Shown here piece by piece: positions 26,947 to 39,122 of a stretch of DNA of 64,000 nucleotides (its first letter is position 1; every line of letters begins with the position of its first letter). The position numbers and the translations under genes were made by a program. The notes below the pieces were generated by a model. It did no database searches. It was not told where the DNA came from and saw only the letters and a program-made list of their open reading frames with translations. Source of the stretch: a candidate division FCPU426 bacterium (GTDB lineage: Bacteria > Oederibacteriota > Muellerivitia > Muellerivitales > Muellerivitaceae); assembly GCA_963847625.1 (NCBI GenBank), contig CAWKAR010000049.1, forward strand, positions 44,061-108,060, given 5' to 3'.

Positions 26947-29724
26947 TCAGGTAAGAGGCTTGTCCTTGACGAGTTTGGGCTCCTTCACGGCCCGGACCTC
27001 GTCCAGCCTGGATACAGGCGTGTTGTGCGGGGCGGTCTTGAAAATTTCCGGGTTGGTTTCCATCTCCTTGCGGATCTTCAAAAGGGCCTCCACGAACTCG
27101 TCCAGGGTCTTCTTGGGCTCGGTCTCGGTGGGCTCCACCATGATGGCCTCGTGCACCACCAGCGGGAAATAAATGGTGGGGGGATGGTAGTTGAAGTCGA
27201 TGAGGCGCTTGGCGATGTCCAGCGCCGAGACGCCGAATCGCTTCTTCAAGGGCTCGGCTGTCAGCACGAACTCATGCTTGCAGATGCGGTCGTAGGCCGG
27301 CGGGTACTGGGCCTTCAGGCGGGCCAGCAGGTAATTGGCGTTCAGGGTGGCCACCCGGCCCACCCGTTCCAGCCCTTCCTTGCCTAGCCGCTTGCAGTAG
27401 GCCAGGGCCCTCAACAGCACGCCGAAGTTCCCGGTGTTCCCCTTCATGCGGCCAATGGACAGGGGCGACCCCGATTTCATGAAATAGCGGTTCCCTTCCT
27501 TGAAAATCCTCGGCTCGGGCAGGAAGGGTTCCAGGGCCTTGGTGCAGCCCACCGGGCCCGCGCCGGGCCCGCCGCCCCCGTGCGGGGTGGAAAAGGTCTT
27601 GTGCAGGTTCAAGTGCACCAGGTCGAAGCCCATGTCCGCGGGCCTGCAGATCCCCACGATGGCGTTCATGTTGGCCCCGTCGTAGTAAAGGAGGCCCCCG
27701 GCCTCGTGGACCAACCGGGCCACCTCCAGGATGTTTTCCTCGAACAACCCCAGGGTGCTGGGATTCGTGAGCATGAGGACCGCGGTGTCGCGGCCCAGTT
27801 TCATTTTCAAGGCCGCCACGTCCAAGTTGCCGCGGGCGTCGGTGGGGATAGAGACCGCCTTCCAGCCCGCCATGGTGGCCGAGGCCGGATTGGTTCCGTG
27901 GGCCGAGTCCGGCACGATCACGTTGACCCTCTGGTGGTCTCCCCGGTCGGCGAAATACCGCTTGGCCATCAAGAGCGAGGTGAGTTCCCCCTGGGCCCCG
28001 GCCGCGGGCTGAAGCGTCAGCGCGTGGCATCCGGTAATCTCCTTGAGCCACTGCTCCAGCTCATAGAGGACTTGGAGGGCGCCCTGGACCTCGCCCTCCC
28101 GCTGTGCGGGATGCAGTTCCGTCCAGGACGGTTGGGAGGCGATCTCCTCGTTCACCTTCGGGTTGTACTTCATGGTGCAGGAGCCCAGGGGGTAGAAACC
28201 CGTGTCGATGCAGAAATTCATGCGGGCCAACTCGGTAAAATAACGCACCAATTCCACTTCCGAGTGTCCTGGGATGAGCAGATCGTCGCGGGTCTTCAGC
28301 CAGGGCGGCAGGGAGGCCGGCTTGGGGTCTTGGAAGGGGCTTTTCCGGGTTTGTTCCAGCTCTTCAAGCATGGTTCCTGTCAGGGGGTTCCCCCCGAAGG
28401 CCTGGCAGGCGGAAAGGAAGGCTTCCAGGTCCGCCGGACTCGTCAGTTCGGTGCAGGCCGCCAGGACGCAATCCTTGAATTCGGGATAATCCTTGGCCAG
28501 GTCGTAAGGCGCCACCAGGCCCCATTCGCTGAGAAATTCGGCGAACCCGGGCGAGGGTGGACGCACCACGAATTCATTGGCGAACCGGACCGTTTCAATC
28601 TTGAAGCCGGGAACCTTGGTGATTTCAATCGCCAGGGCGTGGGCAGCCGCGGCCCCTTCCCGGGCGGCATCCCTGGCCCCGGCCCCTCCCTTCATATATA
28701 ACCAGGCGGAGGCGAAATTCGCCATGAGGGATTGGGTCGTGCAGACGTTCGAGGCGGCCCTTTCCCGGCGGATATGCTGTTCCCGGGCTTGGAAAGTCAG
28801 GACGCACCCCTTCTTGCCGTTCCGGTCGAGGGTTTCCCCCACGATCCGGCCCGGCACCTGCCGGATATCCTCGAACCGGGCGGTCAGGAATCCCGAGTGG
28901 GGCCCTCCGAACATGAGGGGGTTCCCGAAGGATTGGGCGCTTCCGGCGCAAACGCCGGCCCCGAGGGACCCGGGGGAAGGAAGCAAGGCCAGGTTCATGG
29001 CCTCCGCCACGGCCGCCACCAGGAAGCAGTTCTTTTCCTTGCAGACCCTGGAGAGGGCTTCCAGGTCCTCGACGGTGCCGAAAAAGTTGGGGTACTGGAC
29101 CACCACGACCGAGTTGGGCCAAAGGTCGGACTTCAGGGATTCGAGGTCGGTTTCAGTTCCCTTCAGGGGAATTTCGCGGATCTTGTGTCCTTGGGGATTC
29201 AGGTAGGTTTGGATGACCTGCCGGTACTCAGGGTGGACGGCCCGGGAAACGTATACGAAAGACTCGGCTTTCTTCACCCGAAGGGCCAGAAGGGCGGCCT
29301 CGGCCACGGCGGAAGCGCCGTCATAGAGTGAGGCGTTGGAAACCTCCAGGCCCGTGAGTTCAGCCATGTAGGTCTGGAAATCGAACAGGGCCCTCAGGGT
29401 TCCCTGCGCGATCTCGGGCTGGTAGGGCGTGTAGGAGGTCAGGAATTCGGGCCGGGTCATTACCGCCTTCACGGCGGAGGGCACGTCGTGGTAATAAACC
29501 CCCGCGCCGAGGAAGCAGGGCCGGCTGAAGAGGGGATCGTTGCCGGAAGCCAGGCGGGCGAAATACCGCTTCAAGTCATGCTCGGAAAGGCCCCGGGGGA
29601 GGTTCAGCCCGTTTTTCAAGAGCACCCCGGGAGGGACATCGGCGAAAAGGTCGTCCAATTTCTTGACGCCGATGGTTTTCAGCATTTCTTTTTCATCTTC
29701 GGGTGTTATGGGGATATAGGCCAC
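26947..29724 (-). CDS. gcvP: Glycine dehydrogenase P protein, GcvPA-GcvPB fusion
   Basis: N-half: YIP…[32 protein letters not shown]-half: [14 protein letters not shown] and PLP site [18 protein letters not shown]. Likely start is GTG 29724. Confidence 0.93.
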   Translation of the reverse strand: MAYIPITPEDEKEMLKTIGVKKLDDLFADVPPGVLLKNGLNLPRGLSEHDLKRYFARLASGNDPLFSRPCFLGAGVYYHDVPSAVKAVMTRPEFLTSYTPYQPEIAQGTLRALFDFQTYMAELTGLEVSNASLYDGASAVAEAALLALRVKKAESFVYVSRAVHPEYRQVIQTYLNPQGHKIREIPLKGTETDLESLKSDLWPNSVVVVQYPNFFGTVEDLEALSRVCKEKNCFLVAAVAEAMNLALLPSPGSLGAGVCAGSAQSFGNPLMFGGPHSGFLTARFEDIRQVPGRIVGETLDRNGKKGCVLTFQAREQHIRRERAASNVCTTQSLMANFASAWLYMKGGAGARDAAREGAAAAHALAIEITKVPGFKIETVRFANEFVVRPPSPGFAEFLSEWGLVAPYDLAKDYPEFKDCVLAACTELTSPADLEAFLSACQAFGGNPLTGTMLEELEQTRKSPFQDPKPASLPPWLKTRDDLLIPGHSEVELVRYFTELARMNFCIDTGFYPLGSCTMKYNPKVNEEIASQPSWTELHPAQREGEVQGALQVLYELEQWLKEITGCHALTLQPAAGAQGELTSLLMAKRYFADRGDHQRVNVIVPDSAHGTNPASATMAGWKAVSIPTDARGNLDVAALKMKLGRDTAVLMLTNPSTLGLFEENILEVARLVHEAGGLLYYDGANMNAIVGICRPADMGFDLVHLNLHKTFSTPHGGGGPGAGPVGCTKALEPFLPEPRIFKEGNRYFMKSGSPLSIGRMKGNTGNFGVLLRALAYCKRLGKEGLERVGRVATLNANYLLARLKAQYPPAYDRICKHEFVLTAEPLKKRFGVSALDIAKRLIDFNYHPPTIYFPLVVHEAIMVEPTETEPKKTLDEFVEALLKIRKEMETNPEIFKTAPHNTPVSRLDEVRAVKEPKLVKDKPLT

Positions 29725-29786
29725 TCTAACTCCAGTCCATGGTTCACCGCGTAATCTTATGGCTGCCAACAGCGAACTGACAGCTG

Positions 29787-30152
29787 TCAGCTACCGAGCG
29801 AAGCGAGATATTGTTCTTCCGTCATGTAGGCGTCCAACGCCCTGGGGTTGTCCATTTGAACCACCGCGATCCAACCCGCTCCCTCGGCGTCCTGGTTGAT
29901 GAGCCCCGCCTGGTCTTTCAGCTTCCCGTTCACTTCCAGCACCGTGCCAGACGGGCTATAGACGTCAGCCACCGCCTTGACCGACTCCAGGATGCAAAGG
30001 CTCTGCTGGGCCGCCAGTTTTTTCCCGACCTCGGGCAATTCGGCGAAAACGATATCGGAAAGCTGTTGGGCCGCGTGTTTGCTGATGCCGATCCGGATCT
30101 TGCCCGAGCCCAGGTCTTCGTACCACTCGTGGGTTTTGGCGAACTTGCGCAT
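29787..30152 (-). CDS. gcvH: Glycine cleavage system H protein
   Basis: HEW…IGIS..A…LSDIVF, lipoyl motif [12 protein letters not shown]. Confidence 0.95.
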   Translation of the reverse strand: MRKFAKTHEWYEDLGSGKIRIGISKHAAQQLSDIVFAELPEVGKKLAAQQSLCILESVKAVADVYSPSGTVLEVNGKLKDQAGLINQDAEGAGWIAVVQMDNPRALDAYMTEEQYLASLGS

Positions 30153-30295
30153 GAATACTCCTCAAGACGGCAGTTGGCGGATAGCGGATGGGTCACCGCC
30201 AAGAACTAACCGTTATTTGCTGATTTTTACCGGAAGGTGTTGGAGGGCGTGGGAAATGTTCACGACTATATCAAAAACCCGCTGGTTTTCCAAAC

Positions 30296-30850
30296 TTATC
30301 GGCGGGATTTTCGGTGGAAACCTGATGTTCTTTTTTTGCCCCTCTTTGAAATTTCACGGTACGAATTTTCCAGTAAATTCTTCCGCGGCACTTCGAATAT
30401 TTCGAGGAGTTTCCTCGCCTTGGATTCCTCAATCGCCCGTTTCCGGGAAGTGTCCCCCTGGTAAACCGCCTCGAGTTCTAGGAAATTGCCAAGGCCCTTG
30501 ACCTGGTCGAGATGGACTCGGACGTTCCCCACCAGGTAAATATCCCTTTGTTTTTCCACCACCTCATCCGTTCCCAAAAGAGCCTTGAGAAGTTTCTTCA
30601 CTTTTGGGGCGTCTTGCACGGGTATCACGGCGTAATCGCATTTCTTGGGCCCCCGGCGGTCCGGCCGGAGGTAGGGGATGAGTTCCGCCCCGCCCAGGGT
30701 GGATTCGCGCAGTTTAAACCGGCCTTTTCGCGTCACGAAGTAGGTATCGACCTGGCGGTCCCGGCCCTTGAACCAGGCGTTCAATCCCTTGGCGATGCGC
30801 CGGGCCTTGGCCAAATCGGGATACAGGGCTTTTATCTCAATGTTCGGCAT
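30296..30850 (-). CDS. CYTH-domain protein (class IV adenylate cyclase-like)
   Basis: MPNIEIKA (ExExK-like), QVDTYF, KLRE, VEKQR, LDQVKGLGNFLELE. Confidence 0.88.
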   Translation of the reverse strand: MPNIEIKALYPDLAKARRIAKGLNAWFKGRDRQVDTYFVTRKGRFKLRESTLGGAELIPYLRPDRRGPKKCDYAVIPVQDAPKVKKLLKALLGTDEVVEKQRDIYLVGNVRVHLDQVKGLGNFLELEAVYQGDTSRKRAIEESKARKLLEIFEVPRKNLLENSYREISKRGKKRTSGFHRKSRR

Positions 30851-31017
30851 GGGTTTTCCCTCCTGACTCCATGAAGTTCCGGATGGGTTCCGGTTTTTTT
30901 TAATCAGCTCAATCCACATCTATCAGAATTTACCAGTGTAAATGGGTGTTTCCCTTTATTTTGCCGTTCATTGTCAATTATTCATTTTTCATTGTCATCC
31001 CGCAACTGTGGGATGAC

Positions 31018-32805
31018 CTAATCCCCAAGGCCGTACTTCCGGGGGGAAATCTTTAAATTCCTGCCGAAGAATTGGACCAGGGAACTGGCCGAGCTGAATC
31101 CGCATTCCTGGGCTATCCGTTCCAGGGTCAAATTCCCCTCCCGCAGGAGATCCTTGGCTTTCTCAAGCCTTGCTTTCCTGATATAAGTCCCGAAGGACAT
31201 GCCCGTGATCTTCTTAAACCATTTCAGAAAAGTCGACCTAGATAAACCCGCGCGCTTGCTCAGGGCCGTGAGGCGCCAAGGCTGGCTCGGATCCCTGTTG
31301 ATTCCCGAGAGGATCGAATTCAACCGGGCAGCCACGGACGCTTCCCGGGGCTTGTCCTGGTAACGCACTAGGGCATCTACCGATTCCCGGAAAACCGTCA
31401 CTAAATCCGGAAAGGTATAGGCTGAATCCAAGCGCTTGATCAAATCCTTCCCTAGGGTCCTGGCCACCGCCGGTTCCAATGCGGAACGGCGCTCAATCTG
31501 TTCCAATAGAATATGTAGGACGGACAACATGTAGGCTCGGGAAATCTCGGGGCCATACCCAGTGTAAAGCAATTGGCGGATGAAGCGTTCACGGGCTAGG
31601 GCCAGTTGGGTCGTGGAGGAACGCGCCAGGGATTCCGATAGGTTCCGGATGAGGTCGCGCATTTCGGAGGTGGACATGATTTCGGGTTGGAGATCCATTG
31701 CCTCGGAAAAAACCAGGGTCTTTCCCATCTGGACAGCCGAGTGAAGAGAGGTCACGGCTTCGCGGTAAGACTTGGTCAGGTTCTCGCCCCCCGGAATGAT
31801 TGAACCGATACCCGCCAGGACTTTCGTGTGAAGCTTTTTTTCAAGGTTTCTACAAAGAACTTGGATTTTTTCCCGGACTTCCAAACGGGCCTGGACCTTG
31901 GACAGCCCGGGTTTCGCGGAGGTCAATACGATGGCGCCGTAATCTCCCAGGGGGCGGGAGGTGGTCTCGGAAATTTTACGGGCCGCCAGGTAGCATTCGT
32001 GCTGGAAGTTCCGAGCCAGGCAGAGGATATCCAGAGTCCCGGCCTTCATTTCGGGCTTTTGCGGCATCAGGGCGGCCACGACGGTGGGCATCCGGCTGAT
32101 GCCCATTTCCTCACGAGTCCAGCTTGGAAGAACGTACCCTTTTTCAGGTTTGGCGAAGAATTTGTCGATACCAATAGCCCAGTCCACCCAGTAAGGGTGC
32201 GGCAGGCGGCAGGCGAAAACATCCACCCGAAGGTGGTTGAGTTCCCGGATGATCCCGGGGGTTTCCTCACCAGCCATCCATTGCGAGAAAAGCTCTAGAA
32301 GGCGGCTGCAACCCTCAAGACCTTCCTGATCCAGGATGGGGGTGTTGAGCGCCACCTGGACGTAATGCAGGAAATCGGGGTTCAGGTCGGAGCCTTCTAC
32401 CCCGGTCAGGTTCTTCCAGTGCCTACGGAGGGTTTCCGGTGTGGGGCACTTGTCGAGCACCGGGCCGGATACGAAAAATCCGTCGCAACGTCCTTCCACC
32501 AGGAATGGCGTGAAAAAATCCACATAGTCACCGAAACGCGAGATGACGGGGCGCTTTTCTCGTAAAAGTCGATCGAAATTCTGCTGGAGGTAGGCATCCC
32601 GTTTGCTGATCTTGCCGAAATATTCCTCAAAATGGGAGGGTTGGAGGTATTGCTTGGTGGGGAAAACAAGCGTCCAGCTGTTCCTGTTATTAGCGGAAAC
32701 AAAAAGGCAAAGTCGTCCAAGATTCAGGTTAAAAAGAACTTGAATGATGCTGAAGGCTTCCAAACGCCTGGGCACAGGCTGGTGAAAAGTGGGTTGCTGA
32801 AGCAT
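31018..32805 (-). CDS. AraC-family regulator with N-terminal PocR-like sensor
   Basis: C-terminal double HTH (LSRSTFLKWFKKITG…RLEKAKDLL…IAQECGF). Divergent from GH74. Confidence 0.88.
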   Translation of the reverse strand: MLQQPTFHQPVPRRLEAFSIIQVLFNLNLGRLCLFVSANNRNSWTLVFPTKQYLQPSHFEEYFGKISKRDAYLQQNFDRLLREKRPVISRFGDYVDFFTPFLVEGRCDGFFVSGPVLDKCPTPETLRRHWKNLTGVEGSDLNPDFLHYVQVALNTPILDQEGLEGCSRLLELFSQWMAGEETPGIIRELNHLRVDVFACRLPHPYWVDWAIGIDKFFAKPEKGYVLPSWTREEMGISRMPTVVAALMPQKPEMKAGTLDILCLARNFQHECYLAARKISETTSRPLGDYGAIVLTSAKPGLSKVQARLEVREKIQVLCRNLEKKLHTKVLAGIGSIIPGGENLTKSYREAVTSLHSAVQMGKTLVFSEAMDLQPEIMSTSEMRDLIRNLSESLARSSTTQLALARERFIRQLLYTGYGPEISRAYMLSVLHILLEQIERRSALEPAVARTLGKDLIKRLDSAYTFPDLVTVFRESVDALVRYQDKPREASVAARLNSILSGINRDPSQPWRLTALSKRAGLSRSTFLKWFKKITGMSFGTYIRKARLEKAKDLLREGNLTLERIAQECGFSSASSLVQFFGRNLKISPRKYGLGD

Positions 32806-32996
32806 TTTCCCCCCCCAAAAAATTCCAATTAAATCGCTGGAATGAATTGTTTTTCAGTGAATTTCAAGTGATTCTCTGTCGACGAAGCATTATACTAATT
32901 ATAAATTATATTTATACTTATTATAAATCTATTTCTTTGACTTTTGGTATCCTTCCATTCAGAAACTATCCTTGTGCTGACACATAAAGCGATGAC

Positions 32997-35900
32997 ATGG
33001 TGTTGGAAATTTTATTAAAAAGAAACCGTTTTCAGTCTTTCCGCGCTTTCCACTTCCGTGGGTTGGTTTTCATTCTTTTATTCGCCCTATTTTCCCGGCC
33101 GTCTTCCTTATTATCCCAAACCTACACTTGGAGCAACGTTACGGTGCCCGCCGGGGGTTTTGTGGCCGGCATTGATTACAGTCCCGTGTCCCAGGGGCTT
33201 CTTTACGCCCGCACCGACATGGGCGGTTTCTACCGCTGGGATAACACTAACAACGTTTGGGTCCCCTTGACCGACATGTACGGTACCAGCCAATACACTT
33301 ATTTCGGCGGGGAAAGCATCGCCCCCGATCCCAAAAACGGCAATGTGGTTTACGCAGCGGCGGGAATGTACGAGACCAACGGCGACGGCGTGATCCTCAG
33401 TTCCACCAACCAGGGCAACAGTTGGACCGTCAACACCATCGCCGTTTCCATGGGCGGGAACAATGACGGACGCGAAGCCGGGGAACGCCTGGCGGTCGAT
33501 CCCAACCTGACCTCCACCCTATATTTCGCCTCACGTAGCCAGGGTCTTTGGAAAAGCACCAATACCGCCGCCAGTTGGAGCCAGGTCACCAGTTTCCCGG
33601 TAAACGGCGACGCCGGTTACGGCTTGAGTTACGTCATTTTCGACACTCACGGCACTTCAGGCACCGCTTCGGCGACCATTTATGTCGGGGTAGAGGCCAT
33701 GAACTCGGGAAACAGCAACCTCTACCGGTCCACGAACGCCGGTGCCAACTGGACTCTCGTCGCGGGCGGCCCCACCAACATGATCACTCCCCACGCCTCC
33801 CTCGGAACCGACGGAACTTTGTGGGTCGTTTATGACAGTGGCGGTTACGGTCCGAACAACATCACCACCGGGCAGATTTGGAAACTGAACACCGGCACCC
33901 TGGCCTGGACGAATGTCACCCCGCCGGGGCCGGCCAGCGGAAACGGCGGCTATGGCGGTATTTGTGTGGATTCGGAAAGCGTCAGCCATGTGGTAGTTTC
34001 CACCCTGGATTGGTGGGGCGGGCCGGATAAAATCTTCAATACCGCGAACGCCGGGAGCGCTTGGACGACCATCGGAAACGAGAACGTCGGTTGGAACGCG
34101 TCTCCTTTCGCCACCTACAACCTCAACAGCGCGGAATGGACCCTTTTCTGCGGAACCAACGCTGGAGGCACGGGCTGGCAAGGGGACGTGAAGATCGACC
34201 CCTTCAATTCCAACAACGCCATTTACACGACTGGCGGCGGGGTTTGGAGCAGTACGGATATCCTCAACGCCACGACGGCCGCCATCACTTGGACCTTCAC
34301 CGACTACGGCCTGGAAGAAACCGCGGCGACCGACATGATCACCTCGGCGCCCGGCGGGATTTTTTTCAGCGCTTTCGGCGATATCGGCGGAATGCGGCAT
34401 CCCAACCTGACACAATCCCCCCCGCTGGGAATGTACTGTACCCCCGAATTCACCAATACGAACGGAATCGACTTCGCCGAATCCGCCCTCAATACGCTGG
34501 TGCGAGTGGGAAACTCGGGCGCCATCACGACGGACGGAGCCTATTCGACGAATAACGGTCAGACATGGACCCCCATGGCGGCCCTTCCTGAAACGACGGA
34601 CGACGAAATGCAATCTGTCGCCATTTCCGCGAACGGTCTTACGATATTGGCGGTTCCCTACAACGGTTACGGAAATCCCAGTTATTCCAGCAATTTCGGC
34701 TCCAGTTGGACGGCCAGTTCGGGCCTTCCGGCGGGGGCCCAAATCGCCTCGGACAGGGTTGATTCGAATATTTTCTACGGCCTTTCCGGCACCACCCTTT
34801 ATGTCAGCACCAACGGCGGGTCCAGTTTCTCCAGCGCGGGGACCTACGCGGGAACCATCTCTTGGGACAACCGGCCCCGGCCCGTTTTTGGGATTGCCGG
34901 CGAAGTCTGGGTGCCGACCAGCAGCGGCCTTTACCGTTTCACCAACGTAGGACTTGGCACGGTCACCACCACCCAAATCGCCAACGTTTCCAGCGCCATC
35001 AACGTGGGTTTCGGAAAGGCCGCGACCGGCTACACTCACCCAGCGGTATACCTGGTTGGGACAGTGAGCGGAACTTACGGTTTCTTCCGTTGCGACGATG
35101 GAGTCGGGACCACTTGGACCCGCATCAATGACGCCAACCACCAGTTCGGCGCCGCTGAGTTCGCCGCGGGGGACGAAACGGTTTACGGACGCATGTATAT
35201 AGGAACCAATGGGCGCGGAATTCTCTATGGCGATATATCGGGAACTGTCGCTACCAATACCCCGACCCGGACTTTTTCTCCAACATTAACTGGTACATCC
35301 ACGAATACACCAACGCGGACTTCCACCTCCACAGCGACCCCGACTAGCACCCCAACCAGGACTTCCACTCCGACATCCACCATCACGAATACCCAAACCA
35401 ACACTTCAACCTATACCCGGACGAATACGCCGACGAACACCTCCACCCCAACGTCGACCCCGACTTCCACCAACACCCGGACCAATACGCCGACTTATTC
35501 GGCAACCAACACTTCCACGAATTCGGCGACCAGCACCCTGACCCCCACCCGGACAAACTCACCGACTAACACAGTTACGACCACATCCACAAATACAATC
35601 GCCAACACGGCCACGAGTACGGCAACATCCACCTCCACCCCAACAAGAACGAACTCTTCGACCAATACAGTCACGACCACACCCACCAAAACTCCGACTA
35701 GCACTGCTACAAATACAGCGACTTCCACTCCAACTCCAACCAGGACGATCTCACCAACCAATACAGTTACGACTACAGCCACGAATACCCCGACCAGCAC
35801 GGCTACGAGTACGGCAACACCCACTTCCACCGCGACCCGGACGAACTCGCCGACCATTACCGTCACGACCACACCCACAAATACACCGACCAGCACTGCT

Positions 35901-38900
35901 ACAAATACAGCGACTTCCACTCCAACTCCAACCAGGACGATCTCACCAACCAATACAGTTACGACTACAGCCACGAATACCCCGACCAGCACGGCTACGA
36001 GTACGGCAACACCCACTTCCACCGCGACCCGGACGAACTCGCCGACCATTACCGTCACGACCACACCCACAAATACACCGACCAGCACAGCTACGAATAC
36101 AGTGACTTCCACTCCAACTCCAACCAGGACGAACTCACCAACCAATACGATTACAACTACTCCGACGAATACACCCACGAATACCCAGACGAATACGTCA
36201 ACAACCACAGTAACCCCCACCCCAACCGAAACAAGAACGAACACCCAGGCCAATACACCGACTTCCACGTCGACCAATACTTCAACGAGTACTTCTACGT
36301 CCACGCTGACGAACACTTCTACCTACACGAAGACAAACACCCCGACTTCTACTTCCACCTCAACAGCAACCTATACATCGACGGTGACGTCTACGGTAAC
36401 CAACACCAACACAGGTACCACATCACCCACAAACACACCGACTAACACATCCACTCTCACCAACACGCTGACGCGTACACAGACACCCACATCCACAAAT
36501 ATAGCAACCTATACCCCGACGCCAACCGTGACGAGCACCTCCACCAGCACGTCTACGGCGACGTTGACTAAGACAACGGCCCCTACCTCCACGAACACCC
36601 CATCGAGCACGGCCACATCCACGCCGACCAATACGCTCACAAATACGGTAACTACCACGTCCACCCCAACCCGGACATATACACCCACGAATACGCTGAC
36701 ATCCACGTTGACCAATACTTCGACGAATACCTCTACGCCTACCTCGACGAACACTTTAACCAGCACGAGAACGAATACACCCCCCTCTACTTCCACCGCA
36801 ACGGCCACTAGTACATCGACAATGACGCCTACGGTCACCAATACCAACACGGGAACCACATCACCCACACCGACTTACACCAACACCCCAACCCGTACGC
36901 AAACCCCAACCCCGACGAATACGGCAACTTCTACCTCGACTTTGACCATGACCAATACCTCCACCAACACGCCTACGGCGACACCGTCTCGGACACCCCC
37001 TCCAACCTCCACAAATACCCCATCAAATACCTCCACGCCCACATTGACGAACACTTTAACCAGCACGAGAACGAATACGCCCACCTCTACCCTCAACGCA
37101 ACGGCCACCCATACTCCGACCGTGACACCTACGCTCACCAATACCAGCACGGGAACCACATCACCCACACCGACTTACACCAACACCCCAACCCGTACGC
37201 AAACCCCAACCCCGACGAATACGGCAACTTCTACCTCGACTTTGACCATGACCAATACCTCCACCAACACGCCTACGGCGACACCGTCTCGAACACCCAC
37301 TCCAACCTCCACAAATACCCCATCAAATACCTATACACCTACCTCGACGAACACTTTAACCAGCACGAGAACGAATACGCCCACCTCTACCCTCACCGCA
37401 ACGGCCACCCATACTCCGACCGTGACACCTACGCTCACCAATACCAGCACGGGAACCACATCACCCACACCGACTTACACGATCACCTTAACCCATACGC
37501 AGACACCAACATCCACGAATACAGCAACTTCTACCCCGACCCCGACGGTGACGAACACCTCCACCAACACGCCCACGGTAACGCCGACTTGGACATTGAC
37601 TCCTACCTCTACGAATACCCCGTCGAATACGGCGACATCCACGCCGACCAATCCTTTGACGGGAACCTCTACGCCTACCCTGACGAACACTTTAACTAGC
37701 ACGAGGACGAATACGCCGACCTCTACTCCCACCGCAACGGCCACCCATACTCTGACCGTTACACCTTCGGTAACCAGCACCTCTACCGGGACTCAGTCGC
37801 CTACACCCACTGCGACTAACACGTCCACCATCACTGAAACACCGACCCGTACGTTCACCGGGACATCAACCAGCACGCCGACAAACACCCCAAGCGCGAC
37901 AGCCTCCCAGACTCCAACGACTTCTTTGACATTAACTGGGACACTAACGCCTACGAACACCTCTACCCCGACTCATACGATGACAAATACGCCGACATCA
38001 ACCTCCACCAATAGTGCTACGAACACGCCCACGCCCACCTTTACCAGCACTTCGACAAGTACAATGACCAATACTCCTTCGAGCACTGCTACCAGCACAT
38101 CCACGAATACGTTGTCTGATACGCCCACACACACGCCGACAAATACTCCCACGAATACACCGATTAACACATTAACTCCAACGGTAACACCTACAGTCAC
38201 CAACACCAAAACTGGAACTCAATCACCTACGCCTACGGCGACAAACACGCCTACGCTTACCAACAGCGCGACATCCTCCCAGACTCCTACGGCTTCTTTA
38301 ACATCAACTGGGACACCGACCTATACACTGACGGGGACCTCGACGGATTCGATGACGCCTTCGGCTTCGCCAACACCGACACCAACGCCAACAAACACGT
38401 CCACCCCGACTCGGACCATGACCAACACTCCGACGCCAACTCCCACCAACAGCGCGACGAACACGCCCACTCCCACCTTTACCAGTACTTCGACAAGTAC
38501 CAGGACCAGTACTTCCACAAGTACGGCCACACTCACGCCGACGATGACCGATACCCCAACGAATACGTTTACGACCACGTCCACCTATACGGTAATGCCT
38601 TCACTTACGGGGACTTTCACTGTTACCCCGACCTCTACCCCAACGAGTACTTCGACGAATACGCCCACAGTTACTTCGAAGGAAACCGCGACTCCGGTTG
38701 GAAAAAATGGAGTGCTTGTTTATCCAAACCCGGTGAAGGGCCAAGGCCCGGTGACGGTCCACATCACTTTGACCCAAAAGGAATCGCTTGTTCGGGTCGA
38801 GATATTCACGTTGGCCTTCCGGAAGGTAAATGAGATTGATCTCACCCAAGTACCGGCGGGGACTACCAGTGTTTCCATCCCCCTGACGGATAAGGGAGGA

Positions 38901-38984
38901 ATACCCCTGGCCAACGGCCTCTATTACGTGGTTGTCCAAACACCCCAGGGACGTTTCGTAGCAAAACTCCTCGTTTTGAGTTAA
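32997..38984 (+). CDS. GH74 xyloglucanase/endoglucanase with ~1150-aa Thr-rich stalk and T9SS type-A-like CTD
   Basis: YARTDMGG and FGDIGG catalytic Asp motifs, [18 protein letters not shown]. xT stalk at about 35250-38695. Ends VYPNP…LANGLYYV…KLLVLS. Confidence 0.92.
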   Translation: MVLEILLKRNRFQSFRAFHFRGLVFILLFALFSRPSSLLSQTYTWSNVTVPAGGFVAGIDYSPVSQGLLYARTDMGGFYRWDNTNNVWVPLTDMYGTSQYTYFGGESIAPDPKNGNVVYAAAGMYETNGDGVILSSTNQGNSWTVNTIAVSMGGNNDGREAGERLAVDPNLTSTLYFASRSQGLWKSTNTAASWSQVTSFPVNGDAGYGLSYVIFDTHGTSGTASATIYVGVEAMNSGNSNLYRSTNAGANWTLVAGGPTNMITPHASLGTDGTLWVVYDSGGYGPNNITTGQIWKLNTGTLAWTNVTPPGPASGNGGYGGICVDSESVSHVVVSTLDWWGGPDKIFNTANAGSAWTTIGNENVGWNASPFATYNLNSAEWTLFCGTNAGGTGWQGDVKIDPFNSNNAIYTTGGGVWSSTDILNATTAAITWTFTDYGLEETAATDMITSAPGGIFFSAFGDIGGMRHPNLTQSPPLGMYCTPEFTNTNGIDFAESALNTLVRVGNSGAITTDGAYSTNNGQTWTPMAALPETTDDEMQSVAISANGLTILAVPYNGYGNPSYSSNFGSSWTASSGLPAGAQIASDRVDSNIFYGLSGTTLYVSTNGGSSFSSAGTYAGTISWDNRPRPVFGIAGEVWVPTSSGLYRFTNVGLGTVTTTQIANVSSAINVGFGKAATGYTHPAVYLVGTVSGTYGFFRCDDGVGTTWTRINDANHQFGAAEFAAGDETVYGRMYIGTNGRGILYGDISGTVATNTPTRTFSPTLTGTSTNTPTRTSTSTATPTSTPTRTSTPTSTITNTQTNTSTYTRTNTPTNTSTPTSTPTSTNTRTNTPTYSATNTSTNSATSTLTPTRTNSPTNTVTTTSTNTIANTATSTATSTSTPTRTNSSTNTVTTTPTKTPTSTATNTATSTPTPTRTISPTNTVTTTATNTPTSTATSTATPTSTATRTNSPTITVTTTPTNTPTSTATNTATSTPTPTRTISPTNTVTTTATNTPTSTATSTATPTSTATRTNSPTITVTTTPTNTPTSTATNTVTSTPTPTRTNSPTNTITTTPTNTPTNTQTNTSTTTVTPTPTETRTNTQANTPTSTSTNTSTSTSTSTLTNTSTYTKTNTPTSTSTSTATYTSTVTSTVTNTNTGTTSPTNTPTNTSTLTNTLTRTQTPTSTNIATYTPTPTVTSTSTSTSTATLTKTTAPTSTNTPSSTATSTPTNTLTNTVTTTSTPTRTYTPTNTLTSTLTNTSTNTSTPTSTNTLTSTRTNTPPSTSTATATSTSTMTPTVTNTNTGTTSPTPTYTNTPTRTQTPTPTNTATSTSTLTMTNTSTNTPTATPSRTPPPTSTNTPSNTSTPTLTNTLTSTRTNTPTSTLNATATHTPTVTPTLTNTSTGTTSPTPTYTNTPTRTQTPTPTNTATSTSTLTMTNTSTNTPTATPSRTPTPTSTNTPSNTYTPTSTNTLTSTRTNTPTSTLTATATHTPTVTPTLTNTSTGTTSPTPTYTITLTHTQTPTSTNTATSTPTPTVTNTSTNTPTVTPTWTLTPTSTNTPSNTATSTPTNPLTGTSTPTLTNTLTSTRTNTPTSTPTATATHTLTVTPSVTSTSTGTQSPTPTATNTSTITETPTRTFTGTSTSTPTNTPSATASQTPTTSLTLTGTLTPTNTSTPTHTMTNTPTSTSTNSATNTPTPTFTSTSTSTMTNTPSSTATSTSTNTLSDTPTHTPTNTPTNTPINTLTPTVTPTVTNTKTGTQSPTPTATNTPTLTNSATSSQTPTASLTSTGTPTYTLTGTSTDSMTPSASPTPTPTPTNTSTPTRTMTNTPTPTPTNSATNTPTPTFTSTSTSTRTSTSTSTATLTPTMTDTPTNTFTTTSTYTVMPSLTGTFTVTPTSTPTSTSTNTPTVTSKETATPVGKNGVLVYPNPVKGQGPVTVHITLTQKESLVRVEIFTLAFRKVNEIDLTQVPAGTTSVSIPLTDKGGIPLANGLYYVVVQTPQGRFVAKLLVLS
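35700..36083 (+). repeat. 192-bp (64-aa) tandem duplication within the GH74 stalk
   Basis: The unit starting AGCACTGCTACAAATACAGCG recurs at 35700 and 35892. Confidence 0.85.
36745..37480 (+). repeat. 300-bp (100-aa) tandem repeat, about 2.5 copies, within the GH74 stalk
   Basis: GGGAACCACATCACCCACACCGACTTACAC at 36851, 37151 and 37451. Confidence 0.85.
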
Positions 38985-39122
38985 GCTACTTGCATAAATA
39001 TATCGACAATTATGTCGGGTGCCTCTGCAAGCTAAAGATTCGGGAAGCGGATCTGGAAAGTTTTTAATTTCCCTTAATCAAATCTCCAATACTTTCATCG
39101 CCGCCGAGACTTAGGAGAGCTG

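Noticed and set aside
35250..38695. Ice-binding/antifreeze TxT solenoid
   Set aside because: There is no fixed coil period or Gly/Cys turns. The Pro content and position between enzyme and CTD fit a linker.
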